DNA of 64,000 bases from Candidatus Thorarchaeota archaeon (lineage in GTDB: Archaea; Asgardarchaeota; Thorarchaeia; Thorarchaeales; Thorarchaeaceae), in NCBI GenBank assembly GCA_046482545.1, contig JAWOEX010000021.1:201971-265970 (forward strand), given 5' to 3'. Shown one piece after another: positions 30,343 to 40,697 of this stretch; position 1 is the stretch's first letter; each line of letters starts with the position of its first letter. The position numbers and the translations under genes were made by a program. The notes beneath the pieces are model-generated. The model did not search any database and was not told the DNA's origin. It saw nothing but the letters and a program-made list of their open reading frames with translations.

Positions 30343-31177
30343 AGCTGACCTGCACCTGCATTCGAATGTATCGGATGGCATTCATACACCAAGCCAGCTC
30401 GTTGAGATGGGGTCGAGATTGGCCCTTGGCGGGATTGCTCTTACAGACCATGATACCATAGAAGGCAACCGGGAATTCCTTTCTGCTGGCGGTGCTAAAG
30501 AAATGGTCAGAATACCGGGGGTGGAGATAAGTACAGAATACCGTGAGAAAGAAGTGCATCTTCTAGGATACTACGTTCCCCTTGAATCAGAACGACTGGA
30601 AAATAGGCTCCAAGAACTTGAAGAAGCAAGAATAGAACGACTTCCGAAAATGGTAGATAAACTCGAAGATCTTGGGGTCAACATCAATGGTGGAGTAGTG
30701 AATCGTATATTACAGAATACTACGACTCCTGGAAGGCCTCATCTTGCAAGAGCTCTCGTGGAAGAGGGAGTGGTTGAAGACGTAAATCAAGCATTCAAGA
30801 ATTACTTAGGAAAGAAGAAGCCAGCATATGTGAAGAAAGACCGTATGAAAACAAACGAAGCAATCAGACTGCTAAAATCCGAAGCCTCTGTGCCGGTACT
30901 AGCACACCCCCTAACAATAGAGACTGATGATTATGATGATTTCATCGGAAGCCTGGTTGATGAGGGACTGCTGGGCATTGAGACTGAGTATAACTATCAA
31001 CATCTGGCAGTAGAAGGGAGTAACTATGAGATTAGGCAAATTGCCAGAGAATACAATCTGATCGAAACCGGCGGAAGTGACCATCATGGGGACGACGTCA
31101 GAAGTCTTATCGGTGAGGTTACAGTTTCCATGGAGATCGTTGATGAATTGGCAGATGAAGCAGAGCGGCTCAAATAG
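30332..31177 (+). CDS. PHP-domain phosphoesterase (TrpH/YciV-like)
   Basis: DLHLHSNVSDG, TDHDT, GVEIS, HLLGY, GRPHLA, LAHP and GGSDHHG motifs. Confidence 0.93.
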   Translation: MIHRADLHLHSNVSDGIHTPSQLVEMGSRLALGGIALTDHDTIEGNREFLSAGGAKEMVRIPGVEISTEYREKEVHLLGYYVPLESERLENRLQELEEARIERLPKMVDKLEDLGVNINGGVVNRILQNTTTPGRPHLARALVEEGVVEDVNQAFKNYLGKKKPAYVKKDRMKTNEAIRLLKSEASVPVLAHPLTIETDDYDDFIGSLVDEGLLGIETEYNYQHLAVEGSNYEIRQIAREYNLIETGGSDHHGDDVRSLIGEVTVSMEIVDELADEAERLK

Positions 31178-31327
31178 CCCATGCCAAACCCATATCCATT
31201 GGAACACTGAACATACAATGATTTTAAGTTCATCTTTGACAGCGTCGATGCCTAGAACATCGATTTGTAGAGCAGATTTGAGCAAAGCTAATCAGGAATA
31301 ATCTAGTAGTGGAAGTGGGTTCATATT

Positions 31328-32230
31328 TTGCGGGTAATCGATGCACATGCGCATATCTGGACAAGTGAGATCATCAGTGAGAGTGATCTTGAAGCAAGGA
31401 AGGTGGCTGCGGAGAAAGCAGGCATTGAACCGCAAACAGACTCCACCGTCGCAGATTTGAAAGCAGCCATGGAAAGAAGCCTCATTGATAGGTCAGTGAT
31501 TCTTCCGATTGATAGCGGTCTCAACCAGAGGGTGCCCTTGAGCATCAGAGAGAAAACTGACTGGCATGCGAATCAAATCGAGGGAGAAGACTCGCTTGCA
31601 ACATTCATAGGTCTCGACCCCAGAAGAGGAGAAGAAGGTCTCGCTGAGCTGGAGCGTGCAGTTAAAGAAAAGGGATGTATCGGATGGAAAATGTACCCGC
31701 CCAATGGTTTCTATCCAGATAAAGAGGAATTCTATCCCTACTATGAACTGTCTACTGAACTCGGAATTCCAATAGTGATTCATGAGGGTTTCACCTCTCG
31801 ATTTAAGCATGTCAAATATGCTCGACCGGTATTTGTTGATAAAATGGCTGCTGATTTCCCATCCCTTCAGATTGTGCTTGCTCATGCAGGGATTCCGTGG
31901 GTTGACGAGTGCCTGCTTGTTGCATCAAAAAATCCTAATGTTTCCATCGACCTTTCGGGATTGCAGGTCTATGCATCAACCGTGCCCTCAAAGCTTTACA
32001 GGCTGATAGGAGAAGCAAAACTCTCAGGCGTTTTTCCCGAAAGAGTTCTCTGGGGAAGTGACTTCCCGCTCTTCGAGCACAAAATGCGAATCACTAATTG
32101 GGTAAAATTCATGAAGAATCTGTCCGTTCCAGATGAGTTGACAGACCAAGGATATCCACAGGTAACATCAAAGGAAATAGAACATGTAATGAGCAAGAAT
32201 GCAACCAGACTATTCTTTGGTGAAATCTAA
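31328..32230 (+). CDS. Amidohydrolase_2 family protein
   Basis: IDAHAH, GWKMYP, IVIHEG, LAHAG.PW and LWGSDFP motifs. Confidence 0.9.
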   Translation: MRVIDAHAHIWTSEIISESDLEARKVAAEKAGIEPQTDSTVADLKAAMERSLIDRSVILPIDSGLNQRVPLSIREKTDWHANQIEGEDSLATFIGLDPRRGEEGLAELERAVKEKGCIGWKMYPPNGFYPDKEEFYPYYELSTELGIPIVIHEGFTSRFKHVKYARPVFVDKMAADFPSLQIVLAHAGIPWVDECLLVASKNPNVSIDLSGLQVYASTVPSKLYRLIGEAKLSGVFPERVLWGSDFPLFEHKMRITNWVKFMKNLSVPDELTDQGYPQVTSKEIEHVMSKNATRLFFGEI

Positions 32231-32772
32231 TGACTGACTTCATCGTAGATGCAATGCTTGGAAGACTCGCGGTATGGCTCCGTCTTACAGGAAATGACAC
32301 GGTCTATTCCCCCGATATTGATGACGAAGAACTATTGACAAAAGCTGAAAACGAGAACAGAGTTTTGTTGACAGCAGATAGTGAACTACACAGCCTAGCC
32401 AAGAAAAAGGGGGTCAATTCCATGCTTCTACGGGAATCGGTTCATGAACGACTGGCCAGAGTCTTTCATGAGTATGAAATTACACCCAAAGTGGATCCAT
32501 CGAAATCACGATGCTCAAAGTGCAATGGGAAACTGATAGAAATCGATGAGAAAGACAAGAAGCAAATTAAAGGGTATGTTTTCGAACAGACTTACAACCA
32601 TTATGACAGGTTCTGGCTATGTAAGGATTGCAACAGTGTGTACTTCCAAGGCGGGTACTGGTCAAATATTCAGCGATACATGCAAGGAATCCGTGAGGTT
32701 ATGAAGGAGAAAGTTGAGAATGGGAATTCTCTCATCCGCCAAAAAGTTTCGACTGAAAACACTAAAGACTAG
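32230..32772 (+). CDS. Mut7-C RNase (PIN-like, DUF82) domain protein
   Basis: FIVDAMLGRLA.WLRL.G.DT, RVLLT.D and a SRCSKCNG...CKDC zinc ribbon. Confidence 0.92.
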   Translation: MTDFIVDAMLGRLAVWLRLTGNDTVYSPDIDDEELLTKAENENRVLLTADSELHSLAKKKGVNSMLLRESVHERLARVFHEYEITPKVDPSKSRCSKCNGKLIEIDEKDKKQIKGYVFEQTYNHYDRFWLCKDCNSVYFQGGYWSNIQRYMQGIREVMKEKVENGNSLIRQKVSTENTKD

Positions 32773-33224
32773 CTTGTTTCCTCTATGTCGATATCATACT
32801 CGATGGGAATGCATTCTTTGGTTGAGCGGGTAAGAGGGCAATATTTCTTCATCAATTCTAGACACCGTTTACCAAGGTAGAATTCACTTTCAGCCACTTC
32901 TAGTTTCCCAGAAATATGGAGCTTAGTGATTGAGTAGCCTTCTCCATCAAACTGGACGGTAAGTTTCGCCTGAAGACTGAACCCATGTAAATCCAAATTG
33001 GAACGGCGTGTGATATCAAGAAGGGTATTGTTGAGACAACCAAGGATACCAGAAAGGAACAGTCTGTAGGGACATAGCCCCCGGCCCCTTCCACCGTATA
33101 CCTCTGGCGTATCAAAAACCAGCTCTGATTCTTTCAGTTTTGCAATACCACCAGTCTTACCGTCCCATTCTGTTCCTGTAACGTATTCCATTGTTTCTGG
33201 GTACTTTTTCCGTACCTTCATCAT
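32769..33224 (-). CDS. OsmC/Ohr-family protein
   Basis: FDTP...GG.G...P..LFL....GC and KYCPL (two Cys retained). Confidence 0.85.
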   Translation of the reverse strand: MMKVRKKYPETMEYVTGTEWDGKTGGIAKLKESELVFDTPEVYGGRGRGLCPYRLFLSGILGCLNNTLLDITRRSNLDLHGFSLQAKLTVQFDGEGYSITKLHISGKLEVAESEFYLGKRCLELMKKYCPLTRSTKECIPIEYDIDIEETS

Positions 33225-33338
33225 ATTTTCCTCATGGAGCCTGCTGTCTCAATCTTGGCCATTTATTGTTGTGCCCGGTTATGTCGGTTTTGCTATAGTA
33301 GATCGTTTCCTGAGGAAGGGATTTAAGCTTGAACAAGC

Positions 33339-34403
33339 ATGCCTCAACCGGGTGGTCAGTTGCCCGACAAAATGATGGCAGCTATGTATTACGGCGTTGG
33401 CGATGTCAGGTATGAAGAAACAGACATTCCAGAAATAAAAGATGGCGAACTCCTGATTAAGATTGGAACTGCACTAACTTGTGGGACGGATGTTAAGACA
33501 TACAAGCGAGGACATCCACTCTTGATCGGCAAGACTCCAGCTCTTTTTGGACATGAATACGCAGGAACGGTTGAACAAGTGGGAAGGGGAGTTGATGAAT
33601 TCAAGGCAAGGATGAGGGTCGTAGCAACCAACTCCGCACCCTGCGGTACCTGTTTCTTCTGCAAAAGAGGAAAACATAATCTTTGTCCAACCTTGAAAGC
33701 TAATCTCGTAAACGGGGCATTTGCAGAGTACATCCGAGTACCCAAACAGGTTGTTCGCTGGAATACTCATCAAATCCCGAATCATCTTCCATATCGTGCT
33801 GCCGCACTCACGGAACCTCTCGCCTGCGTTGTTCATGGAATAGAAGAAGCGGAAATAGAACTAGGTGATACAGTAGCAATCATTGGAGCAGGCCCAATCG
33901 GGCAAATGATGATTATGCTTGCAAAGCAAAAAGGAGCCAGCAAGGTCATATCATCAGACATTGAGTACCTTAGAAGAAAATCAGCGAAGAAGGCCGGGGC
34001 AGACATAACCGTGGACCCCAATGAAGAGGACCCTGTTAAGCGTGTTAAGGAAGAAACCTCAGGATATGGAGCTGATGTTGTCATAGAGGCGGTGGGTCTC
34101 ACAGAAACGTGGGAACAAGCTGTCAACATGACTCGAGAAGCAGGTACTACGGTCTTATTTGGAGGGGCTAGGGGGGGTACCCAATTCAAGGTAGATACAG
34201 AACGCCTACATTATGGCGAACTCACGATAAAAGGCGTTTTTCACCTGACCCCTCGCCATGTGGAGGAAGCTTTGAAGCTGATAGAAGCAGGTATCATAGA
34301 TTCAAAGATACTAATTACCCACGAGATGTCATTGAGTCAGATAAACGAGGCTTTGGAAATGATGGGAACTGGAAAAAGCATGAAAATAGCAATCAAACCA
34401 TAA
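33339..34403 (+). CDS. Zn-dependent medium-chain alcohol/polyol dehydrogenase
   Basis: CGTD, GHE, CGTCFFC...NLC, EPLAC and GAGPIG motifs. True start may be TTG 33360 given TATA spacing. Confidence 0.92.
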   Translation: MPQPGGQLPDKMMAAMYYGVGDVRYEETDIPEIKDGELLIKIGTALTCGTDVKTYKRGHPLLIGKTPALFGHEYAGTVEQVGRGVDEFKARMRVVATNSAPCGTCFFCKRGKHNLCPTLKANLVNGAFAEYIRVPKQVVRWNTHQIPNHLPYRAAALTEPLACVVHGIEEAEIELGDTVAIIGAGPIGQMMIMLAKQKGASKVISSDIEYLRRKSAKKAGADITVDPNEEDPVKRVKEETSGYGADVVIEAVGLTETWEQAVNMTREAGTTVLFGGARGGTQFKVDTERLHYGELTIKGVFHLTPRHVEEALKLIEAGIIDSKILITHEMSLSQINEALEMMGTGKSMKIAIKP

Positions 34404-34444
34404 CGTATTGATAGTATTCCAACCCGAAAGCAGAGGGGGCCAAA

Positions 34445-34873
34445 TTGTACTGGAAGAGCAATGAGAAGCTGCTAGAGCGTGAGAAGAAGCTCATAGAAAT
34501 CTTGCAGAGTATCGATGAAGAATATGAGAATCTTACCATCATCGTTGAAGGAAAGCGAGATAGGCAGGTGCTCAGGGATTTTGGTGTTGATGCCCCTATC
34601 ATTCGGACGCAAGCGGGAAAATCACGAATAGAGTTGGTTAACCAAATTGCACGGATAGCAGGCCGAAGAGGAAAAATTCTAATTCTGACCGATTTTGACA
34701 GCGAAGGTATAGAGATTGCCAAATACCTTGGCAGAGCACTCGAAAGACACAACGTACGGATAATGAGACGCCTTCGGCTTGTCATACGCAAATACATGGG
34801 TCCCTACAGGGCCATAGAAGAGCTAGTTGCTCTCTTCAAGAAAAAGGATTCACCAGAACCTGATGCAGATTAG
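34445..34873 (+). CDS. Small TOPRIM-domain protein
   Basis: IIVEGKRD and LTDFDSEG motifs. Confidence 0.88.
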   Translation: MYWKSNEKLLEREKKLIEILQSIDEEYENLTIIVEGKRDRQVLRDFGVDAPIIRTQAGKSRIELVNQIARIAGRRGKILILTDFDSEGIEIAKYLGRALERHNVRIMRRLRLVIRKYMGPYRAIEELVALFKKKDSPEPDAD

Positions 34874-34876
34874 CTC

Positions 34877-36685
34877 TTACTTGAAATATCTACGAGATAC
34901 TGATTCCAAGATGAGAATGCTCGGTACAACCATTAGAAGAAGGTAGGATCCAATCCCATTTCGAACGAGGAAAACAGTCCCTTGTAACGCGAAGAAACCA
35001 GAAAACAACAGAAATTCCACTACAAATACAACGAGTAGCGGTAGCCATCCTGCAGTTATGATTTTCAATGGTAATTCATGTTCGAAGGTTGAAAGAGCCA
35101 AAGTAACACATAATAGACCTAGAACGATTGGTAGAAGCCAGCCACCAATCAAGAAAGTGTTTCCATACTGTTCAATAAAATCAACTAAGGTAAGTGTTGT
35201 TCTCTCTTCTATTACGATGAACGGCATCACAAAACCAGCAACAGTAAGCATGGAACCAGTAAGAACAGGAAGTCCCCTAGGGATGTTTAATGAGCTGAGA
35301 GGGAAGTAACCTGAGAACACTAACCAAGCTAAACTGAGAGCAGCTATGATTCCGAGTATCATCAAACTATAAGACCCCGCCCTAGTGGATGCTGTTGAGG
35401 TACTCAAACAGAATACATAGCTTCTTCCGGTTGTGATGAAGAACGTTACCTTTGAAGGAATCGCAGGGAAAATGCGTTCATGGTAGGTATCATCACGCCG
35501 GTCCATCGGAGTTGTCAGCCATGAAGCTCCGGGCTCGCTTGTTCTCCAACATAGAATTGGAGTTCGATTGCCTGATACCTGCGAATCAACAAGAATGCTA
35601 TTGCCCGTAGGAGTCAGTGAAACAGTATATGACATCTGTATCGAAGGGATACTTCCTGCGTTGAACAGAGAATCAAGCCAATTTCCTACACTTTCAACCC
35701 AATTATTCTGAACTAAGTGACCATGATTCGGAGTAATGCAGAGAGATACCTCAGAATCGATACTTTCGATAGTGTCCTCAAATGAAGTCAATGTGAAGTA
35801 CTCGTCATCAGTGCCAAAGAGGAGAAAAATAGGTTGCGTGATCATGTCGGTATATGCAAGAGGATCAAACCACCTAATGATTAGCTCCATTTCAAATGAA
35901 CCGTACGAATAATCAGGATTGATTAGGCCATTAAGAAGAGAACCTGCACGAATAGAGTCCCGGAAATTCCCTGCGGCTAGCATGGCAACAGACGCGTCAA
36001 CTCTGTTATCAATGGCAGAAAGAATGTAAGTCTCAATTCCGCCCATTGAAATACCGAGAAGAGTCGTGTTTTGGTCGTCAACATATGATAGATTCTCAAG
36101 TACTGTTAACCCTCTCGCTGCGGCTGTTACTGAATGGTAGAGATGAGTACTCTGGGGGCCCGCGGATATATTCAGGAAGGTATAGGAATTCAGACTTGGC
36201 AACGATGTGGAGTCCCCAACGCCTGGAGCATCAATACTCATCACAACATAGCCCTGTACTGCGAGATACTCCATCATATCTTCAAGGTCTTTGTGTGTCT
36301 GGCCATAACCATGGAGCATAAGGATTCCAGGCATGCTTTGTGAAAGGTTAGTTCTCATCATAACCAAGGCATTAATCCAGATTGCAGTTCCTGAGTAGAT
36401 ATGACTGTAGAATCTGAAGTTCCACTTCGTTAGATTTACAGTTTCACTTTGATGTTCTGTATCCACATACCGAATTGAGGCGTTCTCTATGAGCGATGGG
36501 CCCGTTCTTGCACCAGTCAAATTCCAGAAATCAGTTTCATAGTATTGTTGGGGAGGTGGTGATTCCTTTCGAACAGGATAATGCGAACCGAATGAAACCC
36601 ATGCTGTTACCACCGCTATCAGAACGAGTGTGATTAGGAATACGACAATACCCTTGTCCTGGCGATTCATTGCCAGAATAAACAC
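34877..36685 (-). CDS. Membrane-bound alpha/beta hydrolase
   Basis: N-terminal TM; LHGYG, GISMGG, GTDDEYF and PNHGH triad motifs; several C-terminal TMs. Confidence 0.85.
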   Translation of the reverse strand: MFILAMNRQDKGIVVFLITLVLIAVVTAWVSFGSHYPVRKESPPPQQYYETDFWNLTGARTGPSLIENASIRYVDTEHQSETVNLTKWNFRFYSHIYSGTAIWINALVMMRTNLSQSMPGILMLHGYGQTHKDLEDMMEYLAVQGYVVMSIDAPGVGDSTSLPSLNSYTFLNISAGPQSTHLYHSVTAAARGLTVLENLSYVDDQNTTLLGISMGGIETYILSAIDNRVDASVAMLAAGNFRDSIRAGSLLNGLINPDYSYGSFEMELIIRWFDPLAYTDMITQPIFLLFGTDDEYFTLTSFEDTIESIDSEVSLCITPNHGHLVQNNWVESVGNWLDSLFNAGSIPSIQMSYTVSLTPTGNSILVDSQVSGNRTPILCWRTSEPGASWLTTPMDRRDDTYHERIFPAIPSKVTFFITTGRSYVFCLSTSTASTRAGSYSLMILGIIAALSLAWLVFSGYFPLSSLNIPRGLPVLTGSMLTVAGFVMPFIVIEERTTLTLVDFIEQYGNTFLIGGWLLPIVLGLLCVTLALSTFEHELPLKIITAGWLPLLVVFVVEFLLFSGFFALQGTVFLVRNGIGSYLLLMVVPSILILESVSRRYFK

Positions 36686-37777
36686 CTAGACCGTACTACC
36701 GCAGTTACTGCATATGAAGCTACCGGGTTCAATTTCATGACCGCACACCCTGCACGTCCGTTTCTTTTTGACCCGCATCTCGTCAACAACACCAGCTTTC
36801 TGAGGTTCAAGGATGAACTTGTCTTTTTCATCCTCATATGTAATCTTGAACTCTGTCGGATTCCCTGCCATTTCCAGAAGATCCGTCGGCATAGGTAGTC
36901 GATAATTGTTATCTAGTTTTACAACACGCGTATAATCCAACGTGTCCAAATCAATACCGGCTTGGTGGAATCCTGAGATGATGCCATCCCGAATCTCGAT
37001 TGTTGCATCAGCTTTGGAGGCAACTTGTTGACTGTGTGTAACAATGAAGAATGAGGTGCCCAAGGTTTCATTCAGTTCTTGAAAGAGGTTGAGTATGCGT
37101 TCAGCTGTTTCTGGGTCCAAATCTCCAGTTGGTTCATCACACAAAACAAGACCGTGACCCTCAGAATCAATGAGATTGACAAGTGCACTAGCAATGGCCA
37201 CTCTGGACCGCTCGCCGCCACTCAAAGTTGTTGCTTTGTTATGCTTGCGATTTTCAAGACCAACAAGGCTGATAAGCCGGTCCACACGCTCTTGACGTAC
37301 ATCTCGTGGCACACCCGCTATTCTTGCAGCCAGCTCAATGTTCTTCCAAGCATCCAAATGTGGTAATAGGTTGTTTACTTGGAACACAAATCCTATGAAT
37401 TTGCGCCTGGCCTGTGTGAGAATACGCTCACCGAGTTTGGTTATATCCGTTCTCAAATTGGCCCAGTAGACCTTTCCCACGGTAGCCTTAGTAACTCCTC
37501 CGATTATATTCGTCAATGTTGTTTTGCCTGAGCCACTTGGACCCACTACCGCCATGATTTTTCCAGACAATATCTGGAGAGATACTCCACTAAGAGCTAC
37601 TACTTCCAAATCATGTTTACTGTAAATCTTGTAGACATTATCAACGCTTACCACCACATCATCCGGAAAATCACTGTAGACATCCAATTCTTCTGGTGGA
37701 ACCACTGATGACATATCGAGTAGTGAATTCGAGTATCTCATAAAACTATTGGGCTGCGCAGTAAAGACAGAGGCCAT
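36686..37777 (-). CDS. LolD/MacB-type ABC ATPase with C-terminal AbrB-like segment and zinc ribbon
   Basis: GPSGSGKT, LSGGE, CDEPTGDLD and VTH; VKLDNNYRLPMP..L and CRVC...CSNC. Confidence 0.88.
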   Translation of the reverse strand: MASVFTAQPNSFMRYSNSLLDMSSVVPPEELDVYSDFPDDVVVSVDNVYKIYSKHDLEVVALSGVSLQILSGKIMAVVGPSGSGKTTLTNIIGGVTKATVGKVYWANLRTDITKLGERILTQARRKFIGFVFQVNNLLPHLDAWKNIELAARIAGVPRDVRQERVDRLISLVGLENRKHNKATTLSGGERSRVAIASALVNLIDSEGHGLVLCDEPTGDLDPETAERILNLFQELNETLGTSFFIVTHSQQVASKADATIEIRDGIISGFHQAGIDLDTLDYTRVVKLDNNYRLPMPTDLLEMAGNPTEFKITYEDEKDKFILEPQKAGVVDEMRVKKKRTCRVCGHEIEPGSFICSNCGSTV

Positions 37778-37781
37778 ATCC

Positions 37782-40664
37782 TCATAGATTTCTCAGAGTT
37801 TGAGCAGGATCAACGGACCCGGCTTGCTGAGCAGGTAGATAGCAGGCTGCTATCATTGACCCTCCTTCTAATGAGAGCAGTATCATCATGACCAACAATG
37901 GATATGATGGGATAACTCCTAGTATTGGGAAGAAAGGGGATACACCGAAAGTCAAAATGGTCATTGAGAACCCAAAAGCAAAGCCCAGCAACAAGCTAAT
38001 CGAGATAGCGGCTGCAACAGATCCAGAGAATTCACCAAATACCATTTCCACGACCTGCCTCTTTGTTGCCCCTAATGCTCTGAAAATGGCATACTCTTCT
38101 TTACGGTCAGATACAGCAGATCCCAAGAAGAGAATAATTGCAGAAATACCCATTGCAGCGCAAAGAAGTGAAGTGATTGTAGTTAAACCCTGTATTCCGG
38201 AAAGAAACAGCCAAGTCTGATAAGACTCAATTTCAATGTCAAAGGTAGAGACAGAGTAGGCTCTTGTGTTCTTCTCTTGTGAAAGATTGGCGATAATCGG
38301 GTTCACTTCGATATCGGAGGTGGTGTCTGCGAAAAAGAGATCACATGTTTTTACATCTGTAATTGATGAGAGATAGTCAATGTTGACAAAAGCGAAACCG
38401 CCTAAGCCTGCTTGAAATCCGAAGTGAGCAGCAAGAGATGGTTGAGTATCTCCGTGAGTAGAGGCTAGCCCTAAACCCGGAGCGCTCTTCATAATACCCA
38501 CGATTTCGAGTGAAGATACAATAGTATCGTTCGAGGTTTCAATATACGTGGAGATTTCATCACCCATGGATTTATCCCAAAGAGAGGCGTAGTAAGAACC
38601 AATAATTACTCCTTTTCGTGTCTCAGAAAGACTTGTCAGTACGGTCTCCGGTGATCCCGATTGGAAGCTCTTAGGCGTGAAGTGCCCTATTTCCATGTAT
38701 TCAATTGCGTCGATCCCTTCCAAAAAGAATGCATTTTCTCCTACTTGGGCGCGTACTTGGAGAACAGGAGTGGACCTAGTAACGCCAGAATAGCTCAAAA
38801 GTGTTTCATTAAATGAGAAAGGTTTAGAATCACATTCAACCCGTAAGTCTGCCCCAATCGAATAGTCCAGCTCATTGTTTACTGTGGTCTGAAAGCTCGA
38901 TGCCTGTATTACCATCATTGTCGTAGTGCTTAGTGTGAGCGTAAGGATGAGCAGCAAGGGTACGAAACGGCCTTTTCTGCGTCGAAGGCTCTGTGTTAGA
39001 TATACGCGCTTTTCCCCCAGCAAAAACCCACTTCTTTCTGAGATTTTGGCAGTTACTAGACGCATAGCTCTGGAACCTATATATGCTGTCACAAAGAGTA
39101 GTATGGTAGCTATCAGAATTCCTGTCAGCGCAACTGTTCCGATTGGTTTCACAAAAGTGGGTATGAGCACTAATCCGAGCAATATTATGCTAAGGACTAT
39201 ACCGTATGACCAACTTTTGGGCTCTTTGCCGCTTTCTTCTTCAAAACCGGCGGTAGACTGGCCAATCTCGGTTACATCCACTTGCCTCGCAACATGGAAG
39301 AGATAGGTACCGGGAAGGTAAATGGAAATAGCAGCTGCAATTATGAGGGAAATCGGAGGTACGTACAGGTTTTCGAAGAAATGGATATACTGCACCGGGT
39401 CGAAGACAAAAAGATTCGTAGATGAACTCACAAGAGGGGCCATCAGAATTGAAGTGGCTACACCCGTAGCAAAGCCAAAGAGCATAAGAAATATGGACTC
39501 CCACATAAAAGTGGAAAAAATCTGGTTGAAGGAAGCACCTTTCGACCTCAAAGCGCTTATTTCCCCCTTTCTGCGAGAAACAGAGTCATCTGATGCAAAT
39601 ACTGTAAGCATCAAGCTCATAATCAAAACTGGAAATACTGCTACAGAAAGAATCTGTGATTTCATATATGCCTCAATACTCGATTCAAGGACAGATATTT
39701 CTCTGAACCCATCTATTCTGATGCCGGGATACTGCTCCTCAAATTGATTCTTCATGCTCAAAAGGTTCTCAGTAACTTCGGCAGTTCCAGCATCAAGAAG
39801 AGCATTGTTAGATGCTCTTACAAAGAGGAGAGGAGAGAAGTAACCTCTACCAGCTATATCTTTCAGTAAATCACTATCTACTTGTTCTCCGAGGAGCAGG
39901 ACGGAGTCTTCAATACCAAGAACAGGTTCTGAAAGACCGAATGGGTCCCAGTTCTTCCGTCGCATTCCCACTATAGAACTACTAATCAGGTTCCTTCTAT
40001 TCGTTCGATTGTATATTCCGGCAACAGTTAGATTCTCTACAGCATAAGGCGAAATCTGATCTTTCGTCTTGAATTCATAGAGACTTCCCCCATATCGCAG
40101 AATGTCCAGATTTATAGACCGTCCAATATCTATTGTAAGGTTATGCACATCATGGGTATACTCAACGAACTGCCTCGAAACTAGAATATCACCCCGCGCC
40201 ATTGAGAAATTGCCTGCATATTCGAAGTCTTGCTCCCAATAGGCCAAGATTTCATTCGTGACAAAAATAACACTCGTGTCTTTAATGCCATTAGCATAGT
40301 TTAGTCCCGAAGGAGAATAATCTTCCCAGTCAGGAATCGATTCGCCCCGCAGTATACCGATTGTATACTTGATGCCATGAAGGGTCTCTGCAAAAGGATG
40401 AGCCTCTAAGTCTTCCTCAGCAGATTCTATGCCTGACGTTGTGAATGACTCGCCCGGTTTTGGAGAAAGCACCATCTGATAGATATTCTCAGAAAAATAT
40501 TCATCAACCCTTATACGAGCCCCAGTATGACTCCAGACAAATACAGTCGTTGGTAGTGCTACGCCTATCGCTAGGATGAGTGCAATGCCCATATTGCGTA
40601 TACGGTGATTCTTCAATGAGCTAAGCGCATATGATGGGGCCCACAATGAATTCCCAGTCAGCAA
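37782..40664 (-). CDS. FtsX/MacB-like ABC permease (duplicated architecture)
   Basis: RRKGEISALRSKGAS and RKEEYAIFRALGA motifs, IGADLRV, large extracellular loops. Confidence 0.9.
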   Translation of the reverse strand: MLTGNSLWAPSYALSSLKNHRIRNMGIALILAIGVALPTTVFVWSHTGARIRVDEYFSENIYQMVLSPKPGESFTTSGIESAEEDLEAHPFAETLHGIKYTIGILRGESIPDWEDYSPSGLNYANGIKDTSVIFVTNEILAYWEQDFEYAGNFSMARGDILVSRQFVEYTHDVHNLTIDIGRSINLDILRYGGSLYEFKTKDQISPYAVENLTVAGIYNRTNRRNLISSSIVGMRRKNWDPFGLSEPVLGIEDSVLLLGEQVDSDLLKDIAGRGYFSPLLFVRASNNALLDAGTAEVTENLLSMKNQFEEQYPGIRIDGFREISVLESSIEAYMKSQILSVAVFPVLIMSLMLTVFASDDSVSRRKGEISALRSKGASFNQIFSTFMWESIFLMLFGFATGVATSILMAPLVSSSTNLFVFDPVQYIHFFENLYVPPISLIIAAAISIYLPGTYLFHVARQVDVTEIGQSTAGFEEESGKEPKSWSYGIVLSIILLGLVLIPTFVKPIGTVALTGILIATILLFVTAYIGSRAMRLVTAKISERSGFLLGEKRVYLTQSLRRRKGRFVPLLLILTLTLSTTTMMVIQASSFQTTVNNELDYSIGADLRVECDSKPFSFNETLLSYSGVTRSTPVLQVRAQVGENAFFLEGIDAIEYMEIGHFTPKSFQSGSPETVLTSLSETRKGVIIGSYYASLWDKSMGDEISTYIETSNDTIVSSLEIVGIMKSAPGLGLASTHGDTQPSLAAHFGFQAGLGGFAFVNIDYLSSITDVKTCDLFFADTTSDIEVNPIIANLSQEKNTRAYSVSTFDIEIESYQTWLFLSGIQGLTTITSLLCAAMGISAIILFLGSAVSDRKEEYAIFRALGATKRQVVEMVFGEFSGSVAAAISISLLLGFAFGFSMTILTFGVSPFFPILGVIPSYPLLVMMILLSLEGGSMIAACYLPAQQAGSVDPAQTLRNL

Positions 40665-40697
40665 TTTGTTTGAATCTTTGCTCAGTTTCTAGCCTCC